A stretch of DNA of 64,000 nt from NCBI GenBank assembly GCA_031082185.1, contig JAVHLI010000004.1, forward strand, positions 11,608 to 75,607. Direction: 5' to 3'. Below, piece after piece: positions 1 through 8,763 of this stretch. The position numbers and the translations under genes are program-made. Source of the DNA: a bacterium (GTDB taxonomy: Bacteria; Sysuimicrobiota; Sysuimicrobiia; Sysuimicrobiales; Humicultoraceae). The notes under the pieces were generated by a model. The model saw only the letters and a list, made by a program, of their open reading frames with translations, was not told where the DNA came from and made no database searches. Positions within the stretch are counted from its first letter, which is position 1; every line of letters begins with the position of its first letter.

Positions 1-735
1 TCGTAGAAACCCTCCACCAGGACGCGGCCCGTGACCGGATCCTTCAGGGAAGCCAGCGCCCAGGCCATTCGGTTCCCGGCGCCCTCCACGACAGCGCCCA
101 GCGACGAGTGAAGATCCCGGCTCGTGGCGTGCAGCTCCAGGTCGAGGTAGCATATCCCCTTGATGCCGGTGGTGATCTGCAGCCGCTCCTTGAGGTCGCG
201 CTGCCCGGATTCCCAGATGCAGGCGTCGGAGCGCAGCGCGTCCGCGTGCGCCTTCACGTATGAACCGAAGTTGGGCGATCCGATCTCCTCCTCGCCCTCG
301 ACCAGGAACTTCACCCGGCAGGGCAGCCGGCCGTGGGCGGCCTTGAGTGCCCGCACCGCGGCCAGGCGTGTGACCAAGTCTCCCTTGTTATCGGCGACGC
401 CGCGCGCGTAGAGACGGCCGTCCCGGACCACCGGCTCGAACGGCGGCGAAGTCCATTCGCCGAGCGGATCCGCGGGCTGAACATCGTAGTGGTCGTAGAA
501 CAGAAGCGTGCGCTCTCCCTCGCCGGGGAACTCGGCGATCACGATCGGGGCGGCGTCTCCCTCCTGATGGAGAGCGACTGTGGCGCCGGCCTCCTCGAAG
601 GCGCCGCGGACCAACGCCGCGCATGCGGCTACCCCCTCGCCGGTGGCAGCCACGCTCGGTTGGCGGAGCATCGTGCGCAGGACCTCCAACGCGGGATCGG
701 TGTGCTCTCTGGCGATGTCTCGCAGCGACGGCATC
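1..735 (-). CDS. M20 family amidohydrolase (ArgE/DapE/ACY1-like), paralog A. The N-terminus is complete; the C-terminus is cut by the window start.
   Basis: My own translation of the minus strand from ATG at 735: MPSLRDIAREH...TLLFYDHYDVQP...GVADNKGDL...FLVEGEEEIGS. It is roughly 55% identical to the downstream paralog. An RBS (GGAGG) sits 5 nt upstream at 740-744. This ORF is not in the supplied track because no stop codon falls inside the window. Confidence 0.8.
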
Positions 736-747
736 AGGGCCTCCGTA

Positions 748-2100
748 CTATGATTCGAGCGCGAAACGCTCCAGCACGTGCGCGATCATGACGATCGTTT
801 CCTCGAAGTCGGCAACCCGGATGTGCTCGTCCGGCGCGTGGGCGTTGCAGCCCCAGTAGCCGCTCCCAATGCTGAGAATCGGCACGCCCAGCAGATTCCC
901 TACGGGGTGCATCGGCCCGGTGCCCGCCGAGGTGGGAAGGAGCACCGTCTCGCGGCCGGTGGACGCGCGGACCGCGTCCACGACCGTTCGCACGAAGGGA
1001 TGGGAGAGATCTGTCTGGAAAGCAAGCTCGCCCCCCAGAGGCTTGATGGCACAATCCGCAAACCCGGAGCGATCGAGATGGGCGCGCAGGAGCCCTACGA
1101 TCTCCTCGGGGTCCTGGACGGGCACCAGCCGGAAGTCAATCTTCGCCCGGGCCCTGCGGGGCAGCACGGTCTTCATTCCGCCTCCGGTGTAGCCCGCCTC
1201 AAGTCCGCAGACGGTGCAGGTAGGCTCAAAGAGCAGGGCCCGCAACGCATCCCCGCCGGTGCGCCCGCCGATGAAGCCGCGGACGCCCGCGTGCACCTGC
1301 ATCTGCCCCTCTTCAAAGGGCACATCTCGGGCGGCGGCGACCGCTTCGGCCCGCGGGGCTTTCACCCTGTCGTAGAACCCCGGGATCAAAATGCGGCCGG
1401 TGGCGTCGCGCAGCCCGGCGACAGCCCACGCCAGACGGGTGGCGGCCCCTTCCACGACGGCGCCCAGCGACGAGTGGAGATCCCGGCTGGCGGCGGTCAG
1501 CTCAAGCTCGACGTAGCAGATGCCCTTTACCCCGGCGATGACGTTCATTCGTCCGGCCGGGTCCCGATCGCCGTACTCCCACACGCAGGCATCGGCCCTC
1601 AGCCGACCGCGCAGGCCGGCGACGTAGGAGTCGAAGTGCACCGACCCGATCTCCTCTTCACCCTCAACCAGGAACAGCACGCTACAGGGAAGCCCGCCCG
1701 AGGTATCGCGCAGCGCCCGCAGCGCCGCCACCCGCGTGACAAGGTCGCCCTTGTTATCGCTCGTACCCCGTCCGTAGATGCGGCCGTCGCGCACCGTGAC
1801 CTTGAATGGCGGAACCGTCCACTCATCGAGAGGCTCTGCGGGCTGCACGTCGTAGTGGTCGTAGAACAGGAGCGTCCGGTCGCTCCGCCCTGCGAACTCA
1901 GCCAGGACCGCGGGTGCGGCGCCGGGGAGGCGCTGTATCTCGGCCGTTCCTCCGGCGGCCTCGAACAGGCCACATACGGCCGTTGCCGTCTCCTCCAGCC
2001 CCTGCCCCTGGGCGGCTACGCTGGGCAGCCGGACAAGGCCGTCGAGGAGGTCAATGTGCTCGGTCAGGTGGGCGGCGGCGTGTGCGCGGAGGACATTCAT
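748..2100 (-). CDS. M20 family amidohydrolase, paralog B. Likely an N-acyl/N-succinyl-L-amino acid amidohydrolase or dipeptidase.
   Basis: This is the C-terminal 451 aa of the 697-aa ORF 748..2841, starting at Met248 (MNVLRAH...). It carries the M20 motifs HYDVQP, GRGTSDNKG and LVEGEEEIGS. The upstream 247 codons have no similarity and are probably a GC artefact. Confidence 0.85.
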   Translation of the reverse strand: MNVLRAHAAAHLTEHIDLLDGLVRLPSVAAQGQGLEETATAVCGLFEAAGGTAEIQRLPGAAPAVLAEFAGRSDRTLLFYDHYDVQPAEPLDEWTVPPFKVTVRDGRIYGRGTSDNKGDLVTRVAALRALRDTSGGLPCSVLFLVEGEEEIGSVHFDSYVAGLRGRLRADACVWEYGDRDPAGRMNVIAGVKGICYVELELTAASRDLHSSLGAVVEGAATRLAWAVAGLRDATGRILIPGFYDRVKAPRAEAVAAARDVPFEEGQMQVHAGVRGFIGGRTGGDALRALLFEPTCTVCGLEAGYTGGGMKTVLPRRARAKIDFRLVPVQDPEEIVGLLRAHLDRSGFADCAIKPLGGELAFQTDLSHPFVRTVVDAVRASTGRETVLLPTSAGTGPMHPVGNLLGVPILSIGSGYWGCNAHAPDEHIRVADFEETIVMIAHVLERFALES

Positions 2101-2160
2101 AGGAGTTACAGGAAGAGTTCTGGCCGTCCCCGGCGAACCCTTCTCAATCGTGAAGCAGAC

Positions 2161-2994
2161 ATGACGGAAATCGCCATCAAGACCATCAAGGACATCGAGT
2201 CGTTCCGGCGTATCGAGGCGCTCCAGATCGAGATCTGGGGGATGCCCGAGCGCGACGTCGTGCCGGTGCACCAGTTGCAGGCGGCGTCCGGTGCCGGCGG
2301 CGCGGTGATCGCTGCGATCGGTGCCGACGGTGATTTTATCGGTTTCTGCTACGGCTTTGCCGGATGGCGCGATGGCCGGCCGCTCTTCTACTCGCACATG
2401 GCCGGCGTGCTGGGGGGCAGGCAGTTGCAGGAGGTAGGGTTCCGGCTGAAGTGCGCCCAGCGCCAGGCCGCGATCGCCATGGGATACGACCGCGCCGTCT
2501 GGACGTACGACCCGCTCCAGAGCGTGAACGCGCGGTTCAACATGCACAAGCTGGGGGCCACCGCCTGTCGCTATCACGTCAACTACTACGGCGACATGCC
2601 CGACGAGCTGAACCGCGGTGTGGAGAGCGACCGGATCGAGGTGGACTGGGAGCTGCGCTCTCCCAGGGTTCGGGCCGCGACGTCGGGCCGGGCCGCGGAT
2701 CGCGTGTGGCCGCAGGCGCCGCACGCGCTGCGGGCAGAACCGGAAACCGGAGCGCCGGGTGATCCGGTGCCCGGGCTCGAGGCACCGGTGGTCCTCCTGG
2801 AGATCCCCACCGACTTCCCGGACATTCGGGTGCGGGACCAAGGCCTGGCCCAGGCGTGGCGGCTGGCCAGCCGTGAGGCGTTTCTACACTACTTTGGTCG
2901 CGGGTACCGGGCGGTAGACTTCCTCCTGCACCGCGGCGAACGGCTCAGGGGCGAGTACGTGCTTTCACAAGAGACCCACGAGGAGGAGCCATGA
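2161..2994 (+). CDS. GNAT-fold N-acyltransferase-like protein (candidate amino-acid N-succinyl/acetyltransferase).
   Basis: 277 aa, the C-terminal part of ORF 778..2994 starting MTEIAIKTIKD. Its TGA overlaps the ATG of the downstream racemase (ATGA). It is divergent from the two M20 genes. Confidence 0.55.
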   Translation: MTEIAIKTIKDIESFRRIEALQIEIWGMPERDVVPVHQLQAASGAGGAVIAAIGADGDFIGFCYGFAGWRDGRPLFYSHMAGVLGGRQLQEVGFRLKCAQRQAAIAMGYDRAVWTYDPLQSVNARFNMHKLGATACRYHVNYYGDMPDELNRGVESDRIEVDWELRSPRVRAATSGRAADRVWPQAPHALRAEPETGAPGDPVPGLEAPVVLLEIPTDFPDIRVRDQGLAQAWRLASREAFLHYFGRGYRAVDFLLHRGERLRGEYVLSQETHEEEP

Positions 2995-4100
2995 AGATCG
3001 AGGCAGTTGAACTGCGCCAGATCGAGATGAGGCTGCGCGCGCCGTTTGAAACCTCTTTTGGGCGCGAGGAGGACAAGGTCTGCCTGCTGGTTCGCGTGCA
3101 GGCCGACGGCCTGGAGGGTTGGGGCGAGGTGCCGGCCGGCATCGCCCCGCTCTACAACGAGGAGACCTCCGACACCGCGTGGTCTGTGCTGGAACGGTTC
3201 CTCATACCGCCGCTGCTTGGAATGCAGGTCCCCCGACCGCAGGCGTTCGCCGCCGGCGCCGTCCACATCCGCCGCCACCACATGGCCAAGGCCGGGCTGG
3301 AGGCCGCGCTCTGGGACATCGCGGCACAACGGCAGGGACAGCCGCTGTCGCGGCTGTTGGGCGGCGAGCGCGCCACGGTGCCGGTGGGCGTCAGCCTGGG
3401 AATCGAGCCGACGGTGGACGCCCTGCTTGAGCGCGTCGCCGACTACCTGGGTCGGGGCTACGGGCGCATCAAGATCAAGATCAAGCCGGGCTGGGACATC
3501 GAGCCGACTCGCCGCATCCGCGAGCAGTTCGGGGAAATCCTTCTCCAAGTGGACGCCAACTCGGCCTACGATCTGGCCGATGCCGCAACCTTCAAGGCGC
3601 TGGACGCCTTCAACCTGCTGCTGATCGAACAACCGCTGGCCGAGGACGACATGGTGGACCACGCGGCGCTGCAGGCACAACTGCGGACACCCATCTGTCT
3701 GGACGAGTCCATCGTACACGAGCGCGCGGCCAGGGCGGCCCTGCAGCTCGGAGCGTGCCGGGTCATCAACATCAAGCAGGGCCGGGTCGGCGGACTATCG
3801 GCGGCGGTGGCGATCCACGACCTGTGCCGTGCGCAGGGAATCCCGGTCTGGTGCGGCGGGATGCTGGAAACGGGCATCGGCCGGGCAGCCAACCTGGCCC
3901 TCACGTCGTTGCCCAACTTCGCGCTGCCGGCCGACCTTTCGGCCAGCGACCGCTACTTCGCGGAGGACCTTATTGACCCCCCCGTCACGCTCAACACCGA
4001 CGGGACGATAACGGTACCCACCGGCGTCGGCCTGGGCGTGCATATCGTGCCCGAGCGCGTCGAGAGGCACACGGTGCGGATGGCCAGGTTCACGGCGTAG
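2991..4100 (+). CDS. Enolase-superfamily o-succinylbenzoate synthase / N-succinylamino acid racemase (MR/MLE family).
   Basis: 369 aa. The KxK motif RIKIKIKPGWD, the metal ligands D(ANSAYD), E(LIEQPL) and D(LDESI), and K(INIKQGR) are present. An AGGAGGAG RBS precedes the start. Confidence 0.85.
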   Translation: MKIEAVELRQIEMRLRAPFETSFGREEDKVCLLVRVQADGLEGWGEVPAGIAPLYNEETSDTAWSVLERFLIPPLLGMQVPRPQAFAAGAVHIRRHHMAKAGLEAALWDIAAQRQGQPLSRLLGGERATVPVGVSLGIEPTVDALLERVADYLGRGYGRIKIKIKPGWDIEPTRRIREQFGEILLQVDANSAYDLADAATFKALDAFNLLLIEQPLAEDDMVDHAALQAQLRTPICLDESIVHERAARAALQLGACRVINIKQGRVGGLSAAVAIHDLCRAQGIPVWCGGMLETGIGRAANLALTSLPNFALPADLSASDRYFAEDLIDPPVTLNTDGTITVPTGVGLGVHIVPERVERHTVRMARFTA

Positions 4101-4237
4101 CGATAGCAGAGCTAATCCCCCAGCACCGGTGGCGGCATCACCGGCACCGCGATAGATCAACCAGTCCGCCCGCGTGCCGGCGAAGTTGCTGGGAACCGCC
4201 TGGTCAGGCGGGCCGGTGAGAGGTCCTCGCCATCAGA

Positions 4238-6874
4238 TCACCTGGTCCGTGTGAGCGCGCGCAGTTGTTCCAGGATTCGCCCCAGCCGCTCGATCTGCTG
4301 GCTGTAGCCGGCCAGGTCGCCGGCCCGCAGCCGTTCCTGCGCCAGGCGGTAACTCTCCATGGCCTCCTCGACCAGCGCCCGGACCTCGGTGCCGGCTTCC
4401 ACGGGCGCGCGGGGAGACGCCGGCCCCGACCCGCCCGCCGGCGCGCCACCGAACAGCTCGGCCAGCGCGGCTTCCAGTGTTGGTGCCATCACGATCCGGG
4501 CGCCGCTGGCGGCGATCACGCGCTTCAGCTCGGGCATCTGGCTGCGCTCGGCCTGGAGGAAGAGCGGCTCGACATAGAGGAGGCCGTCCTCGATCGGGAT
4601 CACCAGCAGGTTGCCGCGGATCACCTGCGAACCCAGTTGGTTCCACAGGGTCAACTGCTGGGAGATGAAGGGATCCTGGTTTATCCGCGCCTCCACCTGC
4701 ATCGGCCCGAAGACAACGCGCGCCTTGGGGAACCGGTAGACGATCAACTCGCCGTAGTGCGGCTGGTCGTTGCGGGCGGCCATCCAGGCGATCATGTTGT
4801 CCCTTCCGGCCTGGACCATCGGCAGCATGAGCACGAACTCGGGCGCGGTGCCCTCGGTCAGCCGCATCGTCACGTAGTAAGGCTCGACCCACACCGCCTC
4901 CTTGCCCAGCAGCTCGCGCGGGATCGCCCACACGTCCTCCTTGTTGTAGAACACCTGCGGGTCGCGCATGTGAAACGTGGCGTAGACCTGCGCCTGGAGC
5001 TCGAACAGGTCCACGGGATAGCGCAGGTGGGCGGCGAGCTCCGGCGGCATCTGGCCCGCCGGTCTGAACAGGTCGGGGAAGATCGCGGCCAGGGTGCGGG
5101 CAATCGGCTCGTCGGGGATCATCTGGTAGAAGGCCACGGAGCCGTCATACGCGTCCACCACGACCTTGACGCTGTTGCGCATGTAGTTGACGTCGCCGTA
5201 CCGCGTCGCGTACGGGTAGCGGTCGGTGGCGGTGTAGGCGTCAATGATCCAGAACAGCCGGCCGTCGGCAAGCACCAGGTAGGGATCGCGGTCGTAGCGG
5301 AGGAACGGCGCGATGCGCCCCACGCGCGTAGTGATCTGTCGGGCGAACAGCAGCCGGCTGTCCCCTCCGATGTCGGTGGATAGCAGCAGCTTGGCATCGC
5401 CGAACCGGTAGGCCAGGGCCAGGCGTGCCAGATAGCCCAGCTTTATCCCTCCCTGCCCGGCGTAACGCACGTAGACGTTCTCGTCCCCGCGCGGGTAGTC
5501 CAGCTCGCGGACGTTGGTGTTCACCACGACGTAGTCCGTGGTCAGCTCACCGTAGTAGATCTCCGGCCTCGAGATCGCCAAGCCCGGGACCGTCTCGGGT
5601 GGGATGTCCTTGACCAGGAACTCGGGCATCCCCTCCGGCGAGACGCGGTTGACCGGTGACATCACCAGGCCGTAGCCGTGAGTGTAGACCAGGTGCTGGT
5701 TGACCCAGGTACGCGCCTGGGGCGTCATCCGGCCGGTGGCCATCTCGCGCGCGGAGAGCATGACCTGCCGCTGTGCGCCGCCGATCGTGTAGCGGTCTAT
5801 GTCTACGTCGGAGAAGGCGTAGTACTGTCGCAGCGCCTGCAACTGCCCGTAGGCCCGCAGCAGCGGCCGGTAATCCCACAGGCGCACGTTCTCCACCGTG
5901 GCGCGGTTGCGGACGATCGCGGCGGCATCGAGCGGCGCGATGTGGAACTCGCGCTCACGCACACGGTCCAGGCCGAATCCCCGCAGCGTGCCCGCGATGG
6001 CGTGGCGGATGAACGGCGTCTCGGCGGTGAGCTCGTTGGGACGCACGCGCAGCGCCTGCACCAGACCCGGGTACACTACAAGGCCCCCGGCCCAGGCCAC
6101 GACGATCAATACAACTGTCCAGATCGCCAGGCGCACCGTGCGCAGCCAGGCGTTGGCGATCAGCAGCAACCCACACGCCGCAAAGAGCACGGTCAGCACG
6201 CGCAGTGCCGGGAGTACCGCGTGGACATCGGTGAACGCAGCGCCCAGAACCGGCCCTCGTGACGAGTACAGGAGATCGAAGGCGTCCAGATGGAACCCCC
6301 AGCCGCGCGCCAGCACCGCCGCCCCAAGCAGCACCGAGAGGTGCACCCGCACCCCCATGGGCGCCAGAGATACCCCACGCAGCATCATGCGGCCGTGGAC
6401 CGCACCGTACCCGGCGGCGACGCCGGCGGTGATGACCACGAGCCAGGCGAAGAGACCATCGGCCAGCATGCGGTAGACCGGCAGGCGGAAGACGTAGAAG
6501 CCCACGTCGCGGCCGAAGAGCGGGTCGGTCTCGCCGAACGGCCGGGCGTGCAGGAACTGCTGGACGGCCACCCACTCGCGCGAGGCCGACAGGCCGGCCA
6601 GCACCGCGACCGCCGCCAGGGCCCACCCCCACCACCTGCCGCGGCTGCTCCCCCAGGCCGCGAGTACGGACCGCAGGTTGACGAACGCCAGCAGCCACAC
6701 CGCAGCCGCGACCGCGAGCGTCATCGCGACCCTCGATAGGAACGGCACCCAGAAGACCCGCAGGTAACCGACCTCGGCGAACCAGAGCCAGTCGGTGTAC
6801 CAGCGCGCGATCGCCGGCCCCACCACGAAGAACACGGCGATCGCGATCCACAGTGCCAATCGCATCCGTCGCAT
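4238..6874 (-). CDS. UPF0182 family large membrane protein.
   Basis: 878 aa. The N-terminal region has about 7 predicted TM helices (MRRMRLALWIAIAVFFVVGP...WYTDWLWFAEVGYLRVFW), followed by a large soluble domain. Confidence 0.6.
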   Translation of the reverse strand: MRRMRLALWIAIAVFFVVGPAIARWYTDWLWFAEVGYLRVFWVPFLSRVAMTLAVAAAVWLLAFVNLRSVLAAWGSSRGRWWGWALAAVAVLAGLSASREWVAVQQFLHARPFGETDPLFGRDVGFYVFRLPVYRMLADGLFAWLVVITAGVAAGYGAVHGRMMLRGVSLAPMGVRVHLSVLLGAAVLARGWGFHLDAFDLLYSSRGPVLGAAFTDVHAVLPALRVLTVLFAACGLLLIANAWLRTVRLAIWTVVLIVVAWAGGLVVYPGLVQALRVRPNELTAETPFIRHAIAGTLRGFGLDRVREREFHIAPLDAAAIVRNRATVENVRLWDYRPLLRAYGQLQALRQYYAFSDVDIDRYTIGGAQRQVMLSAREMATGRMTPQARTWVNQHLVYTHGYGLVMSPVNRVSPEGMPEFLVKDIPPETVPGLAISRPEIYYGELTTDYVVVNTNVRELDYPRGDENVYVRYAGQGGIKLGYLARLALAYRFGDAKLLLSTDIGGDSRLLFARQITTRVGRIAPFLRYDRDPYLVLADGRLFWIIDAYTATDRYPYATRYGDVNYMRNSVKVVVDAYDGSVAFYQMIPDEPIARTLAAIFPDLFRPAGQMPPELAAHLRYPVDLFELQAQVYATFHMRDPQVFYNKEDVWAIPRELLGKEAVWVEPYYVTMRLTEGTAPEFVLMLPMVQAGRDNMIAWMAARNDQPHYGELIVYRFPKARVVFGPMQVEARINQDPFISQQLTLWNQLGSQVIRGNLLVIPIEDGLLYVEPLFLQAERSQMPELKRVIAASGARIVMAPTLEAALAELFGGAPAGGSGPASPRAPVEAGTEVRALVEEAMESYRLAQERLRAGDLAGYSQQIERLGRILEQLRALTRTR

Positions 6875-6933
6875 GCGTCAGACATCCCCTTCCCGGTTTG
6901 ACTGCCCCTCTGGGGGGCGATACGATATTCGCG

Positions 6934-7251
6934 ATGGACGAGCCGATTACCCGCGAGCAGGCCATCGAGGTGCTCAAGACCGTATTCGATCCCGAGATCC
7001 CGGTGAATGTCTGGGACCTCGGGTTGATCTACGACCTTCAGGTGGACGACGGCAACGTCGCCGTCAAGATGACGCTCACCGCGCCGGGGTGCCCGGTCGG
7101 CCCGCAGATCGCCGCGGAGATCGAGGAGAAGATGCTGGCCGCCGGCGCGAAGCACGCTCCCGTCACCTTCGTGTGGTCCCCGCCGTGGACCACGAAGAGG
7201 GTGACGCCCGATGGTAGGCTGCAGCTTCAGATACTCGACATCCCGGTCTGA
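6934..7251 (+). CDS. DUF59 / MIP18-family metal-sulfur cluster assembly protein.
   Basis: DPEIPVNVWDLGLIYDL...TLTAPGCPVGPQI is the signature motif. I trimmed the start to the internal Met so the gene no longer overlaps the divergent UPF0182 start. Confidence 0.75.
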   Translation: MDEPITREQAIEVLKTVFDPEIPVNVWDLGLIYDLQVDDGNVAVKMTLTAPGCPVGPQIAAEIEEKMLAAGAKHAPVTFVWSPPWTTKRVTPDGRLQLQILDIPV

Positions 7252-7273
7252 CCCGGGATCAGGAGTGTGTCCC

Positions 7274-7693
7274 ATGAAGCGCCAAGCCCTGGTGCTCGCC
7301 CTGCTCCTGGTGCCCGCTATGCTCCTGGCCGCGGCGTGCGGCCGCGGCGACCGGCTGGGCGACCTTCCTTACTTCCCGGGATCCACGCACGTCGGCAGAG
7401 CGTCTTCTGTTAGCGAGGCGCACGGGTTTCCCAGGTCGAAGTGGGAACAGATCGAACTGCGCAGCGCCGCGCCCTATGATCAGGTGCGGGAGTTCTACGC
7501 GAAGCTGACAATCAGCGGGTGGACGTCCACCTTCGAGAGCGAGACGCCCAAGAGCGCGGGCAGGGTGTACTACCGGTTCCTGGCTGACGCCAAGCGCAGG
7601 CAGTTCTACGTCGTCACCGTGGAGGAAAGGCAGGCGTCGCGTATGGTGGCGATCCTGTTGTGGCGCGGCCTGGCCACGGCGGCCCCACGGTGA
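7274..7693 (+). CDS. Putative lipoprotein (hypothetical).
   Basis: MKRQALVLALLLVPAMLLAAACGRG has a signal peptide plus a lipobox (LAAAC). AGGAG lies 8 nt upstream. Confidence 0.5.
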   Translation: MKRQALVLALLLVPAMLLAAACGRGDRLGDLPYFPGSTHVGRASSVSEAHGFPRSKWEQIELRSAAPYDQVREFYAKLTISGWTSTFESETPKSAGRVYYRFLADAKRRQFYVVTVEERQASRMVAILLWRGLATAAPR

Positions 7694-7720
7694 TGTCCCG
7701 CGCTCGACGCGCCGTCACCG

Positions 7721-8188
7721 TCATTGTGCGCGACCCGGGGCCCTGGAACCCAACAGGTCTCGTAGCGACTCGCGCAGCAGGCAGGCCATGTCCATGGCCT
7801 GTAAACATGTCGCCTCGACGAAGGCCAGGCGCCGTGCTTCGTCTCGTGAGTGAACGACGCGCCCGCGCAAAGCGGCCATCCGCAGGCCGAGCGGGGCATC
7901 GTTGAGCAGTACCGCATCAATCGGCAGGCCCGCGGCCGCCTCCAGGCGGCATGCGAGATCGAGCTGCAGGGGCAACATGCCCGCGTCCGGGCAGCGCTCC
8001 GGATCCAGGAAGACGGCCACGTCAACGTCCCCAAAGGCCCGGTCCTCGACGAACGAGCCGAACACATAGGCGAAGAGGACGGCGCCTTCCGCGGCCAGGC
8101 TCTTTGCAACACGGACCAGCACGCGCTCGCGGTCAGATGCCGCAAGGTCGTGATGCTTCAGCGTACCAGTCCGCGGCTCTTCCTTCAT
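7721..8188 (-). CDS. MntA-like minimal nucleotidyltransferase (the antitoxin/AMPylase partner of HepT).
   Basis: The GS-x9-DxD motif FGSFVEDRAFGDVDVAVF is present. There is a 4-nt ATGA overlap with the upstream HEPN gene. Confidence 0.75.
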   Translation of the reverse strand: MKEEPRTGTLKHHDLAASDRERVLVRVAKSLAAEGAVLFAYVFGSFVEDRAFGDVDVAVFLDPERCPDAGMLPLQLDLACRLEAAAGLPIDAVLLNDAPLGLRMAALRGRVVHSRDEARRLAFVEATCLQAMDMACLLRESLRDLLGSRAPGRAQ

Positions 8189-8631
8189 GGCAACTCACCG
8201 CTTGAAGAAAGAACGTGAGCCCCGACGGCGGCCAGGAACGCCTCCAGGTCGCCCAGGTCCTGGCGCATGAGGTGATGCAACCGCCGGTCATCCACCCGGC
8301 CGTAGCCGTGGACAAGGAGGTTGCGAAGCCGCGCCAGGGCCGCAAGGCGGGTGGCCAGGGAAGCATCCACAATCCCCAGCTCCCCGAGCAACTGGAAGCA
8401 ACCGGGGTAGCTCTCTGAGACACGCCCCTGGCGGGCAACCAGATGGTTGCAGATGGTCGCCGCGGCTTCTACCACCACGGTCAGGCTGTACCGCGCGGCC
8501 CTGACCTTTTCGGCATCGGTGGAGAAGGTCTCCACGGACAGGACCGAGTAGGCGCGCAGCATCTCGCTCTCGCGCCGGATATCGGCGCTGCGGCTGCGGA
8601 TCATGTCCAGGTTGATGGGCAGAGAGGTCAT
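8185..8631 (-). CDS. HepT-like HEPN (DUF86) RNase toxin.
   Basis: The Rx4HxY motif is present as RLRNLLVHGY. I set the start to Met28 (MTSLPINLD...) so it does not run into the divergent gene. Confidence 0.75.
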   Translation of the reverse strand: MTSLPINLDMIRSRSADIRRESEMLRAYSVLSVETFSTDAEKVRAARYSLTVVVEAAATICNHLVARQGRVSESYPGCFQLLGELGIVDASLATRLAALARLRNLLVHGYGRVDDRRLHHLMRQDLGDLEAFLAAVGAHVLSSSGELP

Positions 8632-8763
8632 GCTATCCCCCCGCGAAGATCTGCTGCTGCCTATCCTAGCAGATGGCTTCCGCCCTGCAGAGGGGAGGCA
8701 CCGAGTTACCACATGGCGATCTCCGGCAGGATTCGTGGCGCAGGACGCCTAAAGCGCCGTTGC

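Noticed and set aside
778-2994. A 738-aa ORF on the plus strand.
   Set aside because: Only the last 277 codons (from 2161) look protein-like. The rest is antisense to the M20 gene. It is a typical long GC-rich shadow ORF.
4101-4237. A CCGGTG-GCGGCAT-CACCGG hairpin between the convergent NSAR and UPF0182 genes, considered as a bidirectional terminator.
   Set aside because: There is no U-tract on either side, and a single 6-bp stem is weak evidence in 70% GC DNA.
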